From the NCBI GenBank assembly GCA_947085205.1, contig CAMTVO010000034.1, positions 1 to 44,088 of the forward strand: a stretch of DNA of 44,088 nucleotides, given 5' to 3'. Shown here piece after piece: positions 1 through 8,741 of this stretch (position 1 is its first letter; every line of letters starts with the position of its first letter). The notes beneath the pieces were generated by a model. The model made no database searches. It saw nothing but the letters and a program-made list of their open reading frames with translations, and was not told the DNA's origin. The stretch comes from an uncultured Nitrospiraceae bacterium (GTDB lineage: Bacteria; Nitrospirota; Thermodesulfovibrionia; Thermodesulfovibrionales; Dissulfurispiraceae). The position numbers and the translations under genes were made by a program.

Positions 1-202
1 ATAGCGAAAGGTCGTCTGGGGTCGGGGAACGGGGAACTTGTCTGCCCAGGAAACGATTCCTCATGCCATGCACGGATCGATTACAAGATTACCATACAAT
101 ATAACGACACTTCCCGTTAGAACAACGCAGCGCTGGGTTAAAAGGTGATGTAGAGCATATAGCGCCTGCAGTTAAGGTCTAAATCTTGCTTTTATTATTT
201 CG

Positions 203-925
203 CTAAACGATTGTTCCGTCTTTTATCTTTATAATCCTTTTTGTATAGGCAGCTATATTCTCGTCGTGGGTCACGACTATGACCGTCTTGCCGAGTTTGT
301 TCATTTCTGTAAGAAGGTTCATTATTTCTGTAGCGGTCTTGCTGTCAAGCTGTCCTGTCGGCTCATCGCACAGAAGCAGCTCCGGGTCATTAATCAATGC
401 CCTTGCAATGGCGACCCGCTGCTGCTGCCCTCCGGACAATTGATTGGGCCTGAATTTTGCCCTTTCTTGCAGTCCGACAAGCCTGAGAAGCTCCATTGCA
501 TGTCTTTCTGCATCGCCGTTATGTTTTTCGATGTAAAGAGTGGGGAGCAGTACATTTTCGAGCACAGTGGCATAAGGCAATAAGTAGAAATTTTGGAATA
601 CAAATCCGATGTGCTCGTTTCTGATAACAGAGAGTTCATCGTCCGTAAGGTTCGAGACTTCCCTGTCAGCAAGCACATAACGGCCTGATGTAGGTATGTC
701 GAGGCATCCGATGATGTTCATGAGCGTTGTTTTTCCTGAGCCGGATGTGCCCATTATGGCAACGAATTCGCCGCGCTCAATACGTAGGTTTATGCCGTTT
801 AAGACCTCCACATTTTCTTCGCCTATGGTGTAAGTTTTTGTTATTTCCTCCATCAAACATAGCGGGGTATCGGAGTGATGGAGTGATGGAGTGATAGAGT
901 GTTCAGAGTTTGCATAGTTTTTCAT
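203..925 (-). CDS. ABC transporter ATP-binding protein (MacB/LolD-type ATPase domain)
   Basis: Walker A GTSGSGKT, signature LSGGQQQRVAIARAL, Walker B LLLCDEPT and H-loop VVTHD. It follows MFP and TolC genes. Confidence 0.93.
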   Translation of the reverse strand: MKNYANSEHSITPSLHHSDTPLCLMEEITKTYTIGEENVEVLNGINLRIERGEFVAIMGTSGSGKTTLMNIIGCLDIPTSGRYVLADREVSNLTDDELSVIRNEHIGFVFQNFYLLPYATVLENVLLPTLYIEKHNGDAERHAMELLRLVGLQERAKFRPNQLSGGQQQRVAIARALINDPELLLCDEPTGQLDSKTATEIMNLLTEMNKLGKTVIVVTHDENIAAYTKRIIKIKDGTIV

Positions 926-2034
926 TTTTTGTTCTTTTTGTCCTCTTTTGCCGTAACCGGAAGGATTAGCTTTATTGCAAGCTCGTCTCCTTCATTGGCC
1001 CCTGATATTATCTCTGTCCTTTCCTCACCCCTGATGCCGATTTTTATCTCTACTTTTTGTACTTTATCCGGACCAATTACTTTGTAGGCAATCTGTTTGC
1101 CTTTTTCGAACTTAACGGCTGCATTCGGAACAGTAAGTATATTCTGCTTCTCGTCGAAGATTATCTTTACATGGGTAGTCATCTCGGGCTTTAGCAATGC
1201 AGCGTTTTCTTTGGCCACTTTTACGATTGAGAGATAATAAACAATATTGTCTTTGACAACCGGCTGTGGATATATCTTTTCTATCGCGCCGTAGAAAAGC
1301 TTGTTTGGAAATGTGTCGACATAATATTCTACCTTCTGTCCTAACTTTACTCTTCCTATATCCGTCTCATCCACATATATCCACATTTCGAGGAGGGTAG
1401 GGTCGAGTACAGTCACGAGATTAGCTACCTGAAGCCCGGCAACTATTGTCTCGCCTTCTTGCGCCGTAACATCCGAGACAACGCCGGCAATCGGCGCATA
1501 AATCCTTGTGTATGTAAGCTTTGTCTCCTGCTGCTGCAACTGTGCCTTAATGTCTTCTATCTTTGCCATGGATGCCTCAAACTGGCTTTTTGCCCTGTCT
1601 ACAGCATCCTTTGTGGTGTATTCATGCTTAAGGAGTTCGACTTCTCTCTCATAGTTTATTTTTGCGTAATTGTAATTTGCCTGCGCCTCCTTTAAGGCAG
1701 CCCTTTGCTGTTCAATCGCGTGGCGTATCTCTCTGTCGTCTATAAGCGCTATTAGTTGCCCTTTCTTTACTCTGTCTCCGATTTTTACATTCATCCTGAA
1801 TATTGTCCCTGTCGCCCTTGCGCCTATCTTGACCACAGCCCCTACCTGCGGCTTTATAATCCCTGTCTCGACAAGCACGCCCCTTATGCTGTCCCTTTCT
1901 ACCTTTGCTGTTTCGATGACCTTTATCGAGGGCTTTGTGAAGAACTTTTTATAAACAAAAAAGCCGCTTATAAGAAGTATCGCAGTAATAATAACAATTA
2001 AAATTTTTTTCACTAATTCTTTTCTCCTATTCAC
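922..2034 (-). CDS. MacA-like efflux periplasmic adaptor (membrane fusion protein)
   Basis: N-terminal TM anchor, lipoyl half-motifs (VKIGDRVKKGQLIA; IYAPIAGVV), coiled coil and VDETDIGRVKLGQ. Confidence 0.9.
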   Translation of the reverse strand: MNRRKELVKKILIVIITAILLISGFFVYKKFFTKPSIKVIETAKVERDSIRGVLVETGIIKPQVGAVVKIGARATGTIFRMNVKIGDRVKKGQLIALIDDREIRHAIEQQRAALKEAQANYNYAKINYEREVELLKHEYTTKDAVDRAKSQFEASMAKIEDIKAQLQQQETKLTYTRIYAPIAGVVSDVTAQEGETIVAGLQVANLVTVLDPTLLEMWIYVDETDIGRVKLGQKVEYYVDTFPNKLFYGAIEKIYPQPVVKDNIVYYLSIVKVAKENAALLKPEMTTHVKIIFDEKQNILTVPNAAVKFEKGKQIAYKVIGPDKVQKVEIKIGIRGEERTEIISGANEGDELAIKLILPVTAKEDKKNKK

Positions 2035-3329
2035 TATTTCCTGTTGTTCTGCTGCTCTGTTGCTCTACTGCTCTGTATTGCCTCAAGCCTTTCTATGCCT
2101 GCGACCTTTTCGAGCAATGCCTTTGACAAGACCAGATTTAATTTTGAACTGATTAGCTGTTCCCTTGCATTTGACAGAAGGCTTTCTGCCTGCATAAGCG
2201 AGAGTATATCCGCCTTTCCTACCTTGTATTCGCCGAATGCCTGAGAATAATTATGCTCTGCCTGTTTCAACTGCTGGTGTGCAACCTTCAATTTACTGGA
2301 GGCTGTTATAAAGTCTTCGTATGTCTTATGCATATCGAGGAGTATTCGCCTTTTCAGGTCGTTTAACTTTTCGGTAGAAATGTTTTTTTCAAGCTCGGAG
2401 GACTGCTGTTTGAAAAACTTTCCGAGCTCAAAGATATTCCATGTTGCCGTAATGCCAGCGATCTTTTCTTCGGAGAAGCCTGTCCTCCCTCCGCCTGTTT
2501 TTGTGTAAGACGTGCTTAACGAAAGCTCAGGATAAAATGCGCTGTTGGCAAGAGACTTGCTGCTCTTTGATATTTCAATGGAATTTTCCGCCTGCTTAAT
2601 CTCCGGCCGCTGGAACGCTATATCAGAAAGCTTTTTTCTGTCTGGAAGTCTTATATCTAAATCCAGACTGCCTGTAAGCTCATAATTGCTGTCGAGAGTT
2701 TTCCCTATGAGCGAATTGAGTTCTGACAATGCCTTTTTGAAATCTCCCTCTGCCTGTATCAGATTAAATCTTGCCTGTTCAAGCCTTACAGAAGCCTGAA
2801 GAACATCGGAGAGCTTTGCAACGCCGAATTTATATCTTCCCTCTGCTACCTCATAATCCTTTTGTGCATCCTGAAGCTGAATCTTTCTCTGCTGAAGCGT
2901 ATCCCTCTGGGCAATGGCAGTATAAAAAGCAACCTTTATGTTGTATTCCAGTTCGATGAGGTTTTTTCTGACATCTTCATTGTCTATGTCGAGATTGAGT
3001 CTTGCGATGTCTCTGTTTGCCCTTCTTTTGCCGCCGTCAAACAATGTGTATGACAATGAAAGGTCATAAGCCCTTGTGTTGAACTCCTGACTCGATGTGT
3101 AAAATCTCTTCTGTGTTGTTGATGCATCGAGGCTTGGAAGATAGGGCGCCAGCGAGGCATTATAGAGGGCATCTGTGGACTTTACCTTTATTATTGACGC
3201 TTTATATGACGGAAGGTTCTCCTTTGCAAGCGATATGGCCTCATCGAGGGTTAAGGAATGGGATATGCTGTGAGCAAACACAGCCAGAAAGCTTAAAAGT
3301 ATATAACTGTATCTAAAGGCCATCTTCAT
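2034..3329 (-). CDS. TolC-family outer-membrane efflux protein
   Basis: Signal peptide, LTLDEAISLA start, two OEP repeats (LSYTLFDGG; ATWNIFELG) and operon context. Confidence 0.9.
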   Translation of the reverse strand: MKMAFRYSYILLSFLAVFAHSISHSLTLDEAISLAKENLPSYKASIIKVKSTDALYNASLAPYLPSLDASTTQKRFYTSSQEFNTRAYDLSLSYTLFDGGKRRANRDIARLNLDIDNEDVRKNLIELEYNIKVAFYTAIAQRDTLQQRKIQLQDAQKDYEVAEGRYKFGVAKLSDVLQASVRLEQARFNLIQAEGDFKKALSELNSLIGKTLDSNYELTGSLDLDIRLPDRKKLSDIAFQRPEIKQAENSIEISKSSKSLANSAFYPELSLSTSYTKTGGGRTGFSEEKIAGITATWNIFELGKFFKQQSSELEKNISTEKLNDLKRRILLDMHKTYEDFITASSKLKVAHQQLKQAEHNYSQAFGEYKVGKADILSLMQAESLLSNAREQLISSKLNLVLSKALLEKVAGIERLEAIQSSRATEQQNNRK

Positions 3330-3448
3330 ATCTGATTAAATTACCACAACAAGCTCGACAAGCTCAACAAACTCTTACCTAAATTGCGTGATTCCTGCAC
3401 GTTAAACTTTAAAAATAGATGGCAGGCATGTCTGCTATCTATAACAAG

Positions 3449-4651
3449 TTAAAAATCGCTCAACATAGGTCTTAATACTTCTTCCACAATTTCCTTGATG
3501 GGTATCTTTGTCTTTTTTGAAATAGCCTTTAAATCTTCATACTCAGGAGAAATATTAACTATGGCGCCTTTTAGAGACGATACCTTTACTCTTACGTCGC
3601 CGTATTTTGTTTTTATCTTCTTTATCTCCCGGTCTAAAGTCTTGCGATATACATTATAAAATCTCATGCCGATTGTTGTGGTCTCTTTAAATAGCATATC
3701 TGACAGTTTTTCAACGTCATTCTCTCTTGAGATAATGGTCAGCTTTACAGCAGGTCTGCCTTTTTTCATGATAATGTTTTCCATGAAGACATCAAGCGCG
3801 CCTGCCTTGAACAGCCTTTCGAAAACATGCTCATAAATCTGAGGATTCATGTCATCTATATTGGTTTCGATGATTGTCACAAAATCTTCGTATTTACTTG
3901 AACCTGTCTCTTTGCCTATAAGTATTCTCAGGGTATTTGGAATAGTCTTAATATCTTTGTTTCCTGCCCCATATCCAATTTTTTCTATTCTTATTTCGGG
4001 CAAAGGAGAGGATTTTGATTTAAGTCCTGATATAATTGCCGCCCCTGTTGGAGTGGTAAGTTCAAATGGTATATCCGAAGAATAAACCGGATAGCCTCTC
4101 AAAAGCTCTGCGGTTGCGGGCGCTGGCACAGGAAGGATACCATGCTCTGTTTTTACACTGCCGCTTCCGAGATTGACAGACGAGGTGTATAATTTCTCTA
4201 TTCCGAGAATATCAAGGCATATCAATGTCCCGAATATATCCACAAGGCAGTCGATACCTCCGAGTTCGTGGAGATGGATATTTTCAAATGGCTCTCCGTG
4301 AACTCTCGCCTCGGCCTCAAAGAGCTTTTTAAATATATGCAGACCTTTTTGTTTAATATCATCAGATAGCGTAGATGTTTTAATTATCTTCTCAATATCT
4401 TTCCATTTTTTAGCTGCTGACTGCTGACTGCTGACTGCTGACTTTTTTATTATCACATCTACTTTTGTGGCAGATATGCCGTTTCGTGAAACCTTTCTAT
4501 ATTTAAGACCGTAATTCTTTATTGGAAGCTTTTTAAGTTCATTTGCAATATCCGATAGATCTACCCCTGCATCAACGAGTGCGCCGAGGCACATATCCCC
4601 GCTTATCCCTGCAAAGCAATTAAAATAGGCTATTTTTTTATATTCCGGCAT
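3449..4651 (-). CDS. larC: Nickel pincer cofactor biosynthesis protein LarC
   Basis: CFAGISGDMCLGALVD, AEARVHG..IHLHELG, HGILPVPAPAT, ELTTPTGAA, ETNIDDMNP and PEYED motifs. Confidence 0.92.
   Translation of the reverse strand: MPEYKKIAYFNCFAGISGDMCLGALVDAGVDLSDIANELKKLPIKNYGLKYRKVSRNGISATKVDVIIKKSAVSSQQSAAKKWKDIEKIIKTSTLSDDIKQKGLHIFKKLFEAEARVHGEPFENIHLHELGGIDCLVDIFGTLICLDILGIEKLYTSSVNLGSGSVKTEHGILPVPAPATAELLRGYPVYSSDIPFELTTPTGAAIISGLKSKSSPLPEIRIEKIGYGAGNKDIKTIPNTLRILIGKETGSSKYEDFVTIIETNIDDMNPQIYEHVFERLFKAGALDVFMENIIMKKGRPAVKLTIISRENDVEKLSDMLFKETTTIGMRFYNVYRKTLDREIKKIKTKYGDVRVKVSSLKGAIVNISPEYEDLKAISKKTKIPIKEIVEEVLRPMLSDF
4414..4441. repeat. Four perfect tandem copies of CTGCTGA inside larC
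   Basis: Read directly. It encodes the SAVSSQQSA segment. Confidence 0.9.
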
Positions 4652-4725
4652 GAAGTATTTTACACTTTTAAAGACGGAAGTGGAAAGAGGCTTGGCTATT
4701 TTAAGCAGAAATTTGATAAACTTAA

Positions 4726-4802
4726 TGGCTCATAGCTCTTAGCTCATGGTTCATAAGTATTTTGCTGTCAGCCATCAGCTATGAACTATCAGCCATCAGC
4801 TA
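4726..4802. repeat. Two oppositely oriented imperfect heptamer arrays (GCTCATA-like / CATCAGC-like)
   Basis: atggctcatagctcttagctcatggttcata ... tgtcagccatcagctatgaactatcagccatcagcta. The arrays are roughly reverse-complementary. Confidence 0.7.
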
Positions 4803-4806
4803 ATAT

Positions 4807-4849
4807 GCCGGGATAGCACAGTGGTAGTGCAGCTGATTCGTAATTAGCA
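4807..4849 (+). repeat. attL: 5' half of tRNA-Thr (direct repeat of 23964-24006)
   Basis: 4807-4844 is identical to 23964-24001 (38 bp), followed by one mismatch and 4 more matching bases. There is no T-arm or 3' acceptor strand. Confidence 0.95.
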
Positions 4850-5042
4850 AAATTTAAAACCCCGCAACCCTGCAAATCCAGTATTTTCAAGCCTTCGCAA
4901 GGAATAAGATATGTCTAAAAATATGTTAGTATGTTGTTAGTAAGTCATAATTACATTACAATTTTATGACACCGACCTTGCTATATCCAATTCAAGAGAC
5001 CAAGCCTATAAAAACCATCGAAAAAATCCATGTCAAAAAACA

Positions 5043-5154
5043 GTGTTGCATTTTTAACACCGTGTCATATTTTTCAACACTATAACTCATTGTTTTTTAT
5101 AGACATTTCAACAGCGTGGTATTTTAAACACAGGTGTGTGTCAAAAATTATACA
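5043..5154. promoter_or_regulatory. Cluster of TGT-N10/11-ACA palindromes (candidate enhancer-binding-protein sites)
   Basis: TGT-N10-ACA at 5044-5059 and 5139-5154, TGT-N11-ACA at 5063-5079, CGT-N10-ACA at 5115-5130. They lie ~115-230 bp upstream of a -24/-12 motif. Confidence 0.55.
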
Positions 5155-5269
5155 TATTTTAGATAACCTATATATTACCACATCTTTTCATAAAAAATCA
5201 AGCATAGAAAAACATAGGTTTTTCAATGACTTACAAGAGCGATAAAAATATGCGTGGATATTGACAGAT

Positions 5270-5285
5270 TGGCATGGGTTTTGCT
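5270..5285 (+). promoter_or_regulatory. Sigma-54 (-24/-12) promoter
   Basis: TGGCAtgggttTTGCT has exact GG-N10-GC spacing. An IHF-like TTTCAAtgacTTA lies at 5221-5233. Confidence 0.65.
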
Positions 5286-5693
5286 AATATATTTATATCG
5301 CCTTTGGCGAGAATATCAAAATAAGTAGTAAAAGGGGGCAGAAAGAGAGAAAGGCGGAAAAAATAGAGTATGCCGCCCAGGCTGATTGAGAGCGATAGGG
5401 ACGAGGGTGCTGGTGACACCCGCAGCGCTCCGTAAAGTCGGAGTTCACCACCCAAGGTTGTGACAGGGCACACAGTACTCATACAGACCCAAAAAAAAAC
5501 TGTATGATAGCAGGCGCAAAAGGGCGAGGCGCCAGCGAAATAAGCCCAAATCAAAAAAGTTCAAATCAAAGGCACACAGGACATCCTGAGTGCACCTAAA
5601 AAGTCATAGCGCACACCGCGCGGAAAAATCAAAAACACGGAGAAGTAAAGTAGTGCAGTAGCCTTTCACCTTTCATGCCTCGAGAGAGGAAAC

Positions 5694-6254
5694 ATGAAAG
5701 CAACAGCAGCAGACACCAGGATCGATGACACTAGGATCGACGTAGACGATTTTTTCGTAAAAAACTACAACAGCCTTGCAAGATATTGCCATGCACATTG
5801 GAACGGGTCGGGTCAGGATGTATTGCACGGGGCGTGGGAAAAAGCACGTAAGAGGTATCAGGACATCAATTTCGACCTGTTCACTGACCTTGCGCTTGAG
5901 GCCTCAAGGGAAAAGGCATACTGGTATCCAGGCCGGGACGGGATGATGGTTATCGTCCCACGCACAGAGACCACGCGGAAACGGCTTGCAACACACTTCG
6001 CAGCAGGCGATGCAGCAGCGAAAGACTACAGCGTCACGGATGAGATGACAACGAGAGAGAGGAAAAAGTGGATAAAAAAAATAACAAGCCTCAAAACAAC
6101 AGGTATGACAAACGCGGAAATAATTGCAGCGCTCCAAACCTCGGGACTGAGACGCAGAGCGCAGCTAAAGGCAGAGGCAGAAAAAGAAGAAAAAGAAAAC
6201 CTGAACCTCTTTTCTGAAACTGAAAATGCATATATATCAGAGGAGGTGGAATAA
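5694..6254 (+). CDS. Hypothetical protein with possible ECF sigma-factor-like regions
   Basis: RBS GAGAGGA. FFVKNYNSLARYC..SGQDVLHGAWEKA resembles sigma region 2, and MTTRERK...GMTNAEIIAAL resembles region 4. Similarity was judged by eye only. Confidence 0.45.
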   Translation: MKATAADTRIDDTRIDVDDFFVKNYNSLARYCHAHWNGSGQDVLHGAWEKARKRYQDINFDLFTDLALEASREKAYWYPGRDGMMVIVPRTETTRKRLATHFAAGDAAAKDYSVTDEMTTRERKKWIKKITSLKTTGMTNAEIIAALQTSGLRRRAQLKAEAEKEEKENLNLFSETENAYISEEVE

Positions 6255-7258
6255 TGTCAGGTAACAACACATACGCAAGGGGCGGGAACACCGCCCCTCA
6301 GGCTATACAACAGCAGGCAGAGGACGCGCTAAAGAAAATAGAAAAAACACGGGCAGAAATGCAGACGCTCTTTCATGCATACTACTCTGGTATATTACAT
6401 TTTCCTTTCCTGTTCGACCAGCTCATATATCGCAATACAATCAATATCCTTGACGGCCCGGGCAGCGCAGGCAAGTCCACGCTTGCCTTGCAGCTTGCAC
6501 TTGCCACGATTTTCCAGCAGCCATTCTTGTTGCCTTGCTTTTCTCACAGAAGGGAAGAAATAGGGGTTGATATATCGAATGTGATATATGTGACCAATGA
6601 AAACGAGAACCCCAAGGAGATAATGGTTTCACGATTAGCAAGCATGGCGCAAGCAATGAATGTAGACTGGGAAGACATAAATAAACATTTCTCAATATTT
6701 TACACCGAAAATTGCCTGACGGAAAAGCTTTTTGGGACTATCACGCCTACTGCTGCATACACCACGCTGCAGAGGGCAATCCAAAAATACCAGCCGGACC
6801 TTGTAATTCTGGACAATCTATCAAACCTTGCCGGAATAGAGGAAAACTCAAACGCAGAGGTTAACACATTCTATTCCTATCTGCTGAAACTCAAGACAAC
6901 GATACTGATACTGCACCACCACGCTAAAAGCGACATAACGAACGGCGCCGGGGAGACCACGCCACGCGGGGCAATCGCGATAAGGGAAAACGCACGCTGC
7001 AGGCTAGTATTGAAGAAAGACGTATTAGCAATAGAAAAAGCCAATTTTTCTCAATACGACCAGCACTATATACCACTTGCAAGGAGAGACGGCGCATTTT
7101 TTGCTGCAGTGCCGGAACCGCTTACATCGGATGATTTGAAAGAAATTGACATTTCAGACGAAACCAAAAATAACGGCAATGGCAATGGCAATGAAAAGAA
7201 AACCAGCAAGAAAAAAAGAAAGGAGGACTTATATGTCGGAGAATTTGAAGTGCTATAA
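6254..7258 (+). CDS. RepA-type (AAA_25, RSF1010 RepA-like SF4) helicase
   Basis: Walker A GPGSAGKST, Walker B PDLVILDNL, ENSN, ILILHH.K and RGA.AI...AR motifs. RBS AGGAGG. Confidence 0.8.
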   Translation: MSGNNTYARGGNTAPQAIQQQAEDALKKIEKTRAEMQTLFHAYYSGILHFPFLFDQLIYRNTINILDGPGSAGKSTLALQLALATIFQQPFLLPCFSHRREEIGVDISNVIYVTNENENPKEIMVSRLASMAQAMNVDWEDINKHFSIFYTENCLTEKLFGTITPTAAYTTLQRAIQKYQPDLVILDNLSNLAGIEENSNAEVNTFYSYLLKLKTTILILHHHAKSDITNGAGETTPRGAIAIRENARCRLVLKKDVLAIEKANFSQYDQHYIPLARRDGAFFAAVPEPLTSDDLKEIDISDETKNNGNGNGNEKKTSKKKRKEDLYVGEFEVL

Positions 7259-7979
7259 TGACGTAGAAATATACCGAAGATTTCTCAAATATCCTTTCGG
7301 GCTGCCAAAGAGAAAAGGCATATCTCATTATGTCAAGCACATACTGAACAACGGACGAATTGAGTATAAGGCACCTGATCCAATCGGAACAGAGGACACA
7401 GAAGTGCTATACACACTATTTACCTTAATCCAACAAGGCAAGACGATGATTACATTGTCCAACACCGAAAAAATACCGGTGACGTGCGTGGAAACCACCG
7501 TACAGGATATCGCTAAGGAACTCAACACTCACAATTACCAGCGCGTGCTGGATAGCCTCAGAAGACTGAAAGGACTGTCAATGCACTGCTACTATGGAAA
7601 GAAAAAAGAAGTCCACATCAATATCATATATCGCATTGAGTATTTCCGCGACACCGGCGGGATAAGAATACTGATAGCAGAGGAAATATACCGTGCCCTA
7701 ATGAACAAGACGCTCACAATCTCATATGACACATATATTGACCTGTCACCCACGGCCAAAAATCTGTATACATATCTTACTACCAACTCAGGGGACACGT
7801 TCAAGGAAGATACTATGATTGAGAGGGCAGTAATACTTGCCTCAAGAAAATGCGATGCACAAGTGAAACTCCGTGAGGCAGTAGACGATCTGAAAAATAA
7901 TGGCATAATACGGGATTATTCCAGACGGAAAAAAGATGGCACATGGTATATCACTATCGACAGGAAGAGGCAGGAGTAA
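7233..7979 (+). CDS. Putative plasmid replication initiator (RepC/TrfA-like winged helix)
   Basis: ATG at 7233 follows AGGAGG. The gene overlaps the helicase and is followed directly by iterons. The basic protein has DIAKEL..NYQRVLDSLRRL and LSPTAKNLY segments typical of Rep winged-helix domains. Confidence 0.6.
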   Translation: MSENLKCYNDVEIYRRFLKYPFGLPKRKGISHYVKHILNNGRIEYKAPDPIGTEDTEVLYTLFTLIQQGKTMITLSNTEKIPVTCVETTVQDIAKELNTHNYQRVLDSLRRLKGLSMHCYYGKKKEVHINIIYRIEYFRDTGGIRILIAEEIYRALMNKTLTISYDTYIDLSPTAKNLYTYLTTNSGDTFKEDTMIERAVILASRKCDAQVKLREAVDDLKNNGIIRDYSRRKKDGTWYITIDRKRQE

Positions 7980-8003
7980 CCCTGTCTCTTTTCATCCGTG
8001 TTT

Positions 8004-8160
8004 TTCCCCCGTGGTCGTAAAATGCACCCGCCAAAATCCCCGCAAAGCATTGATATTTATTGTTTTTCTGTCATTCAGTCGATTACCCCCTACTTTCCCC
8101 CGTGGTCGTAAAAAACCTTCCCCCGTGGTCGTAAAATGCCCCTCAAAAAATCCCCGCAAA
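8004..8160 (+). repeat. Iterons / candidate oriV
   Basis: TTCCCCCGTGGTCGTAAAA (19 bp) is exact at 8004, 8095 and 8118. Copies 1 and 3 extend to a 43-bp imperfect repeat ending AAAATCCCCGCAAA. Confidence 0.8.
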
Positions 8161-8212
8161 ACCTTGCCAGTGCTTGATTTGCTGGAAATTGCCTTAACCC
8201 CCCCCATAGAAA

Positions 8213-8320
8213 CTCTCTCCCATAGAGGGAGAGAGAGAGAAAGCGATTTTTTTCTGAAGAAAAATCGCTTTCTCTCTCGTAAGACATGCATGTGAAGGGC
8301 ATCGAACCCTTCACATGCAT
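8213..8320. repeat. Three adjacent inverted repeats
   Basis: 9-bp stem at 8213-8235, perfect 19-bp arms at 8233-8251/8260-8278, and perfect 14-bp arms at 8286-8299/8307-8320. Confidence 0.9.
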
Positions 8321-8741
8321 TAATGACCGGAAAACATATGTATCGCAGAAAAACATATGCTCTCTAGAATACCTTTGTTTTCAACAATGAAGTGATTTTT
8401 TTTAAACAGATAAACGCTGTAAAAAAAAACAAAGGTTTGCCTAGTATTCCCGGAATATATACCTTTTTTTTTTAAAAAACAATCGCTTTCTAGTATACCT
8501 ACCTCATAAAAAATATAAAAAGACTTCCCATTAAAGAAAGAACAGACAAAAGGCAAAGACAAAGGCAGGAAAACAGAAAAGCGTATGTATTACTTACATC
8601 CCCCTATCTTTCCTTTTTGGGCGCAGTTTTTTGGAAAGCTTAATGCATATATATAGTGAGATGACGTAAGAACATGCACAAAGGGAGATGGAGAATGCAG
8701 CGATATAAGAATGTTCAAATAAGCAAATAAAGGGGAAATAT

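Noticed and set aside
5231..5554. 107-aa minus-strand ORF
   Set aside because: Non-ATG start, no recognisable motif, and opposite to all other element genes.
7936..8562. ORFs over the iteron/palindrome region
   Set aside because: The translations merely reflect DNA repeats and lack an RBS. The region is better explained as an origin.
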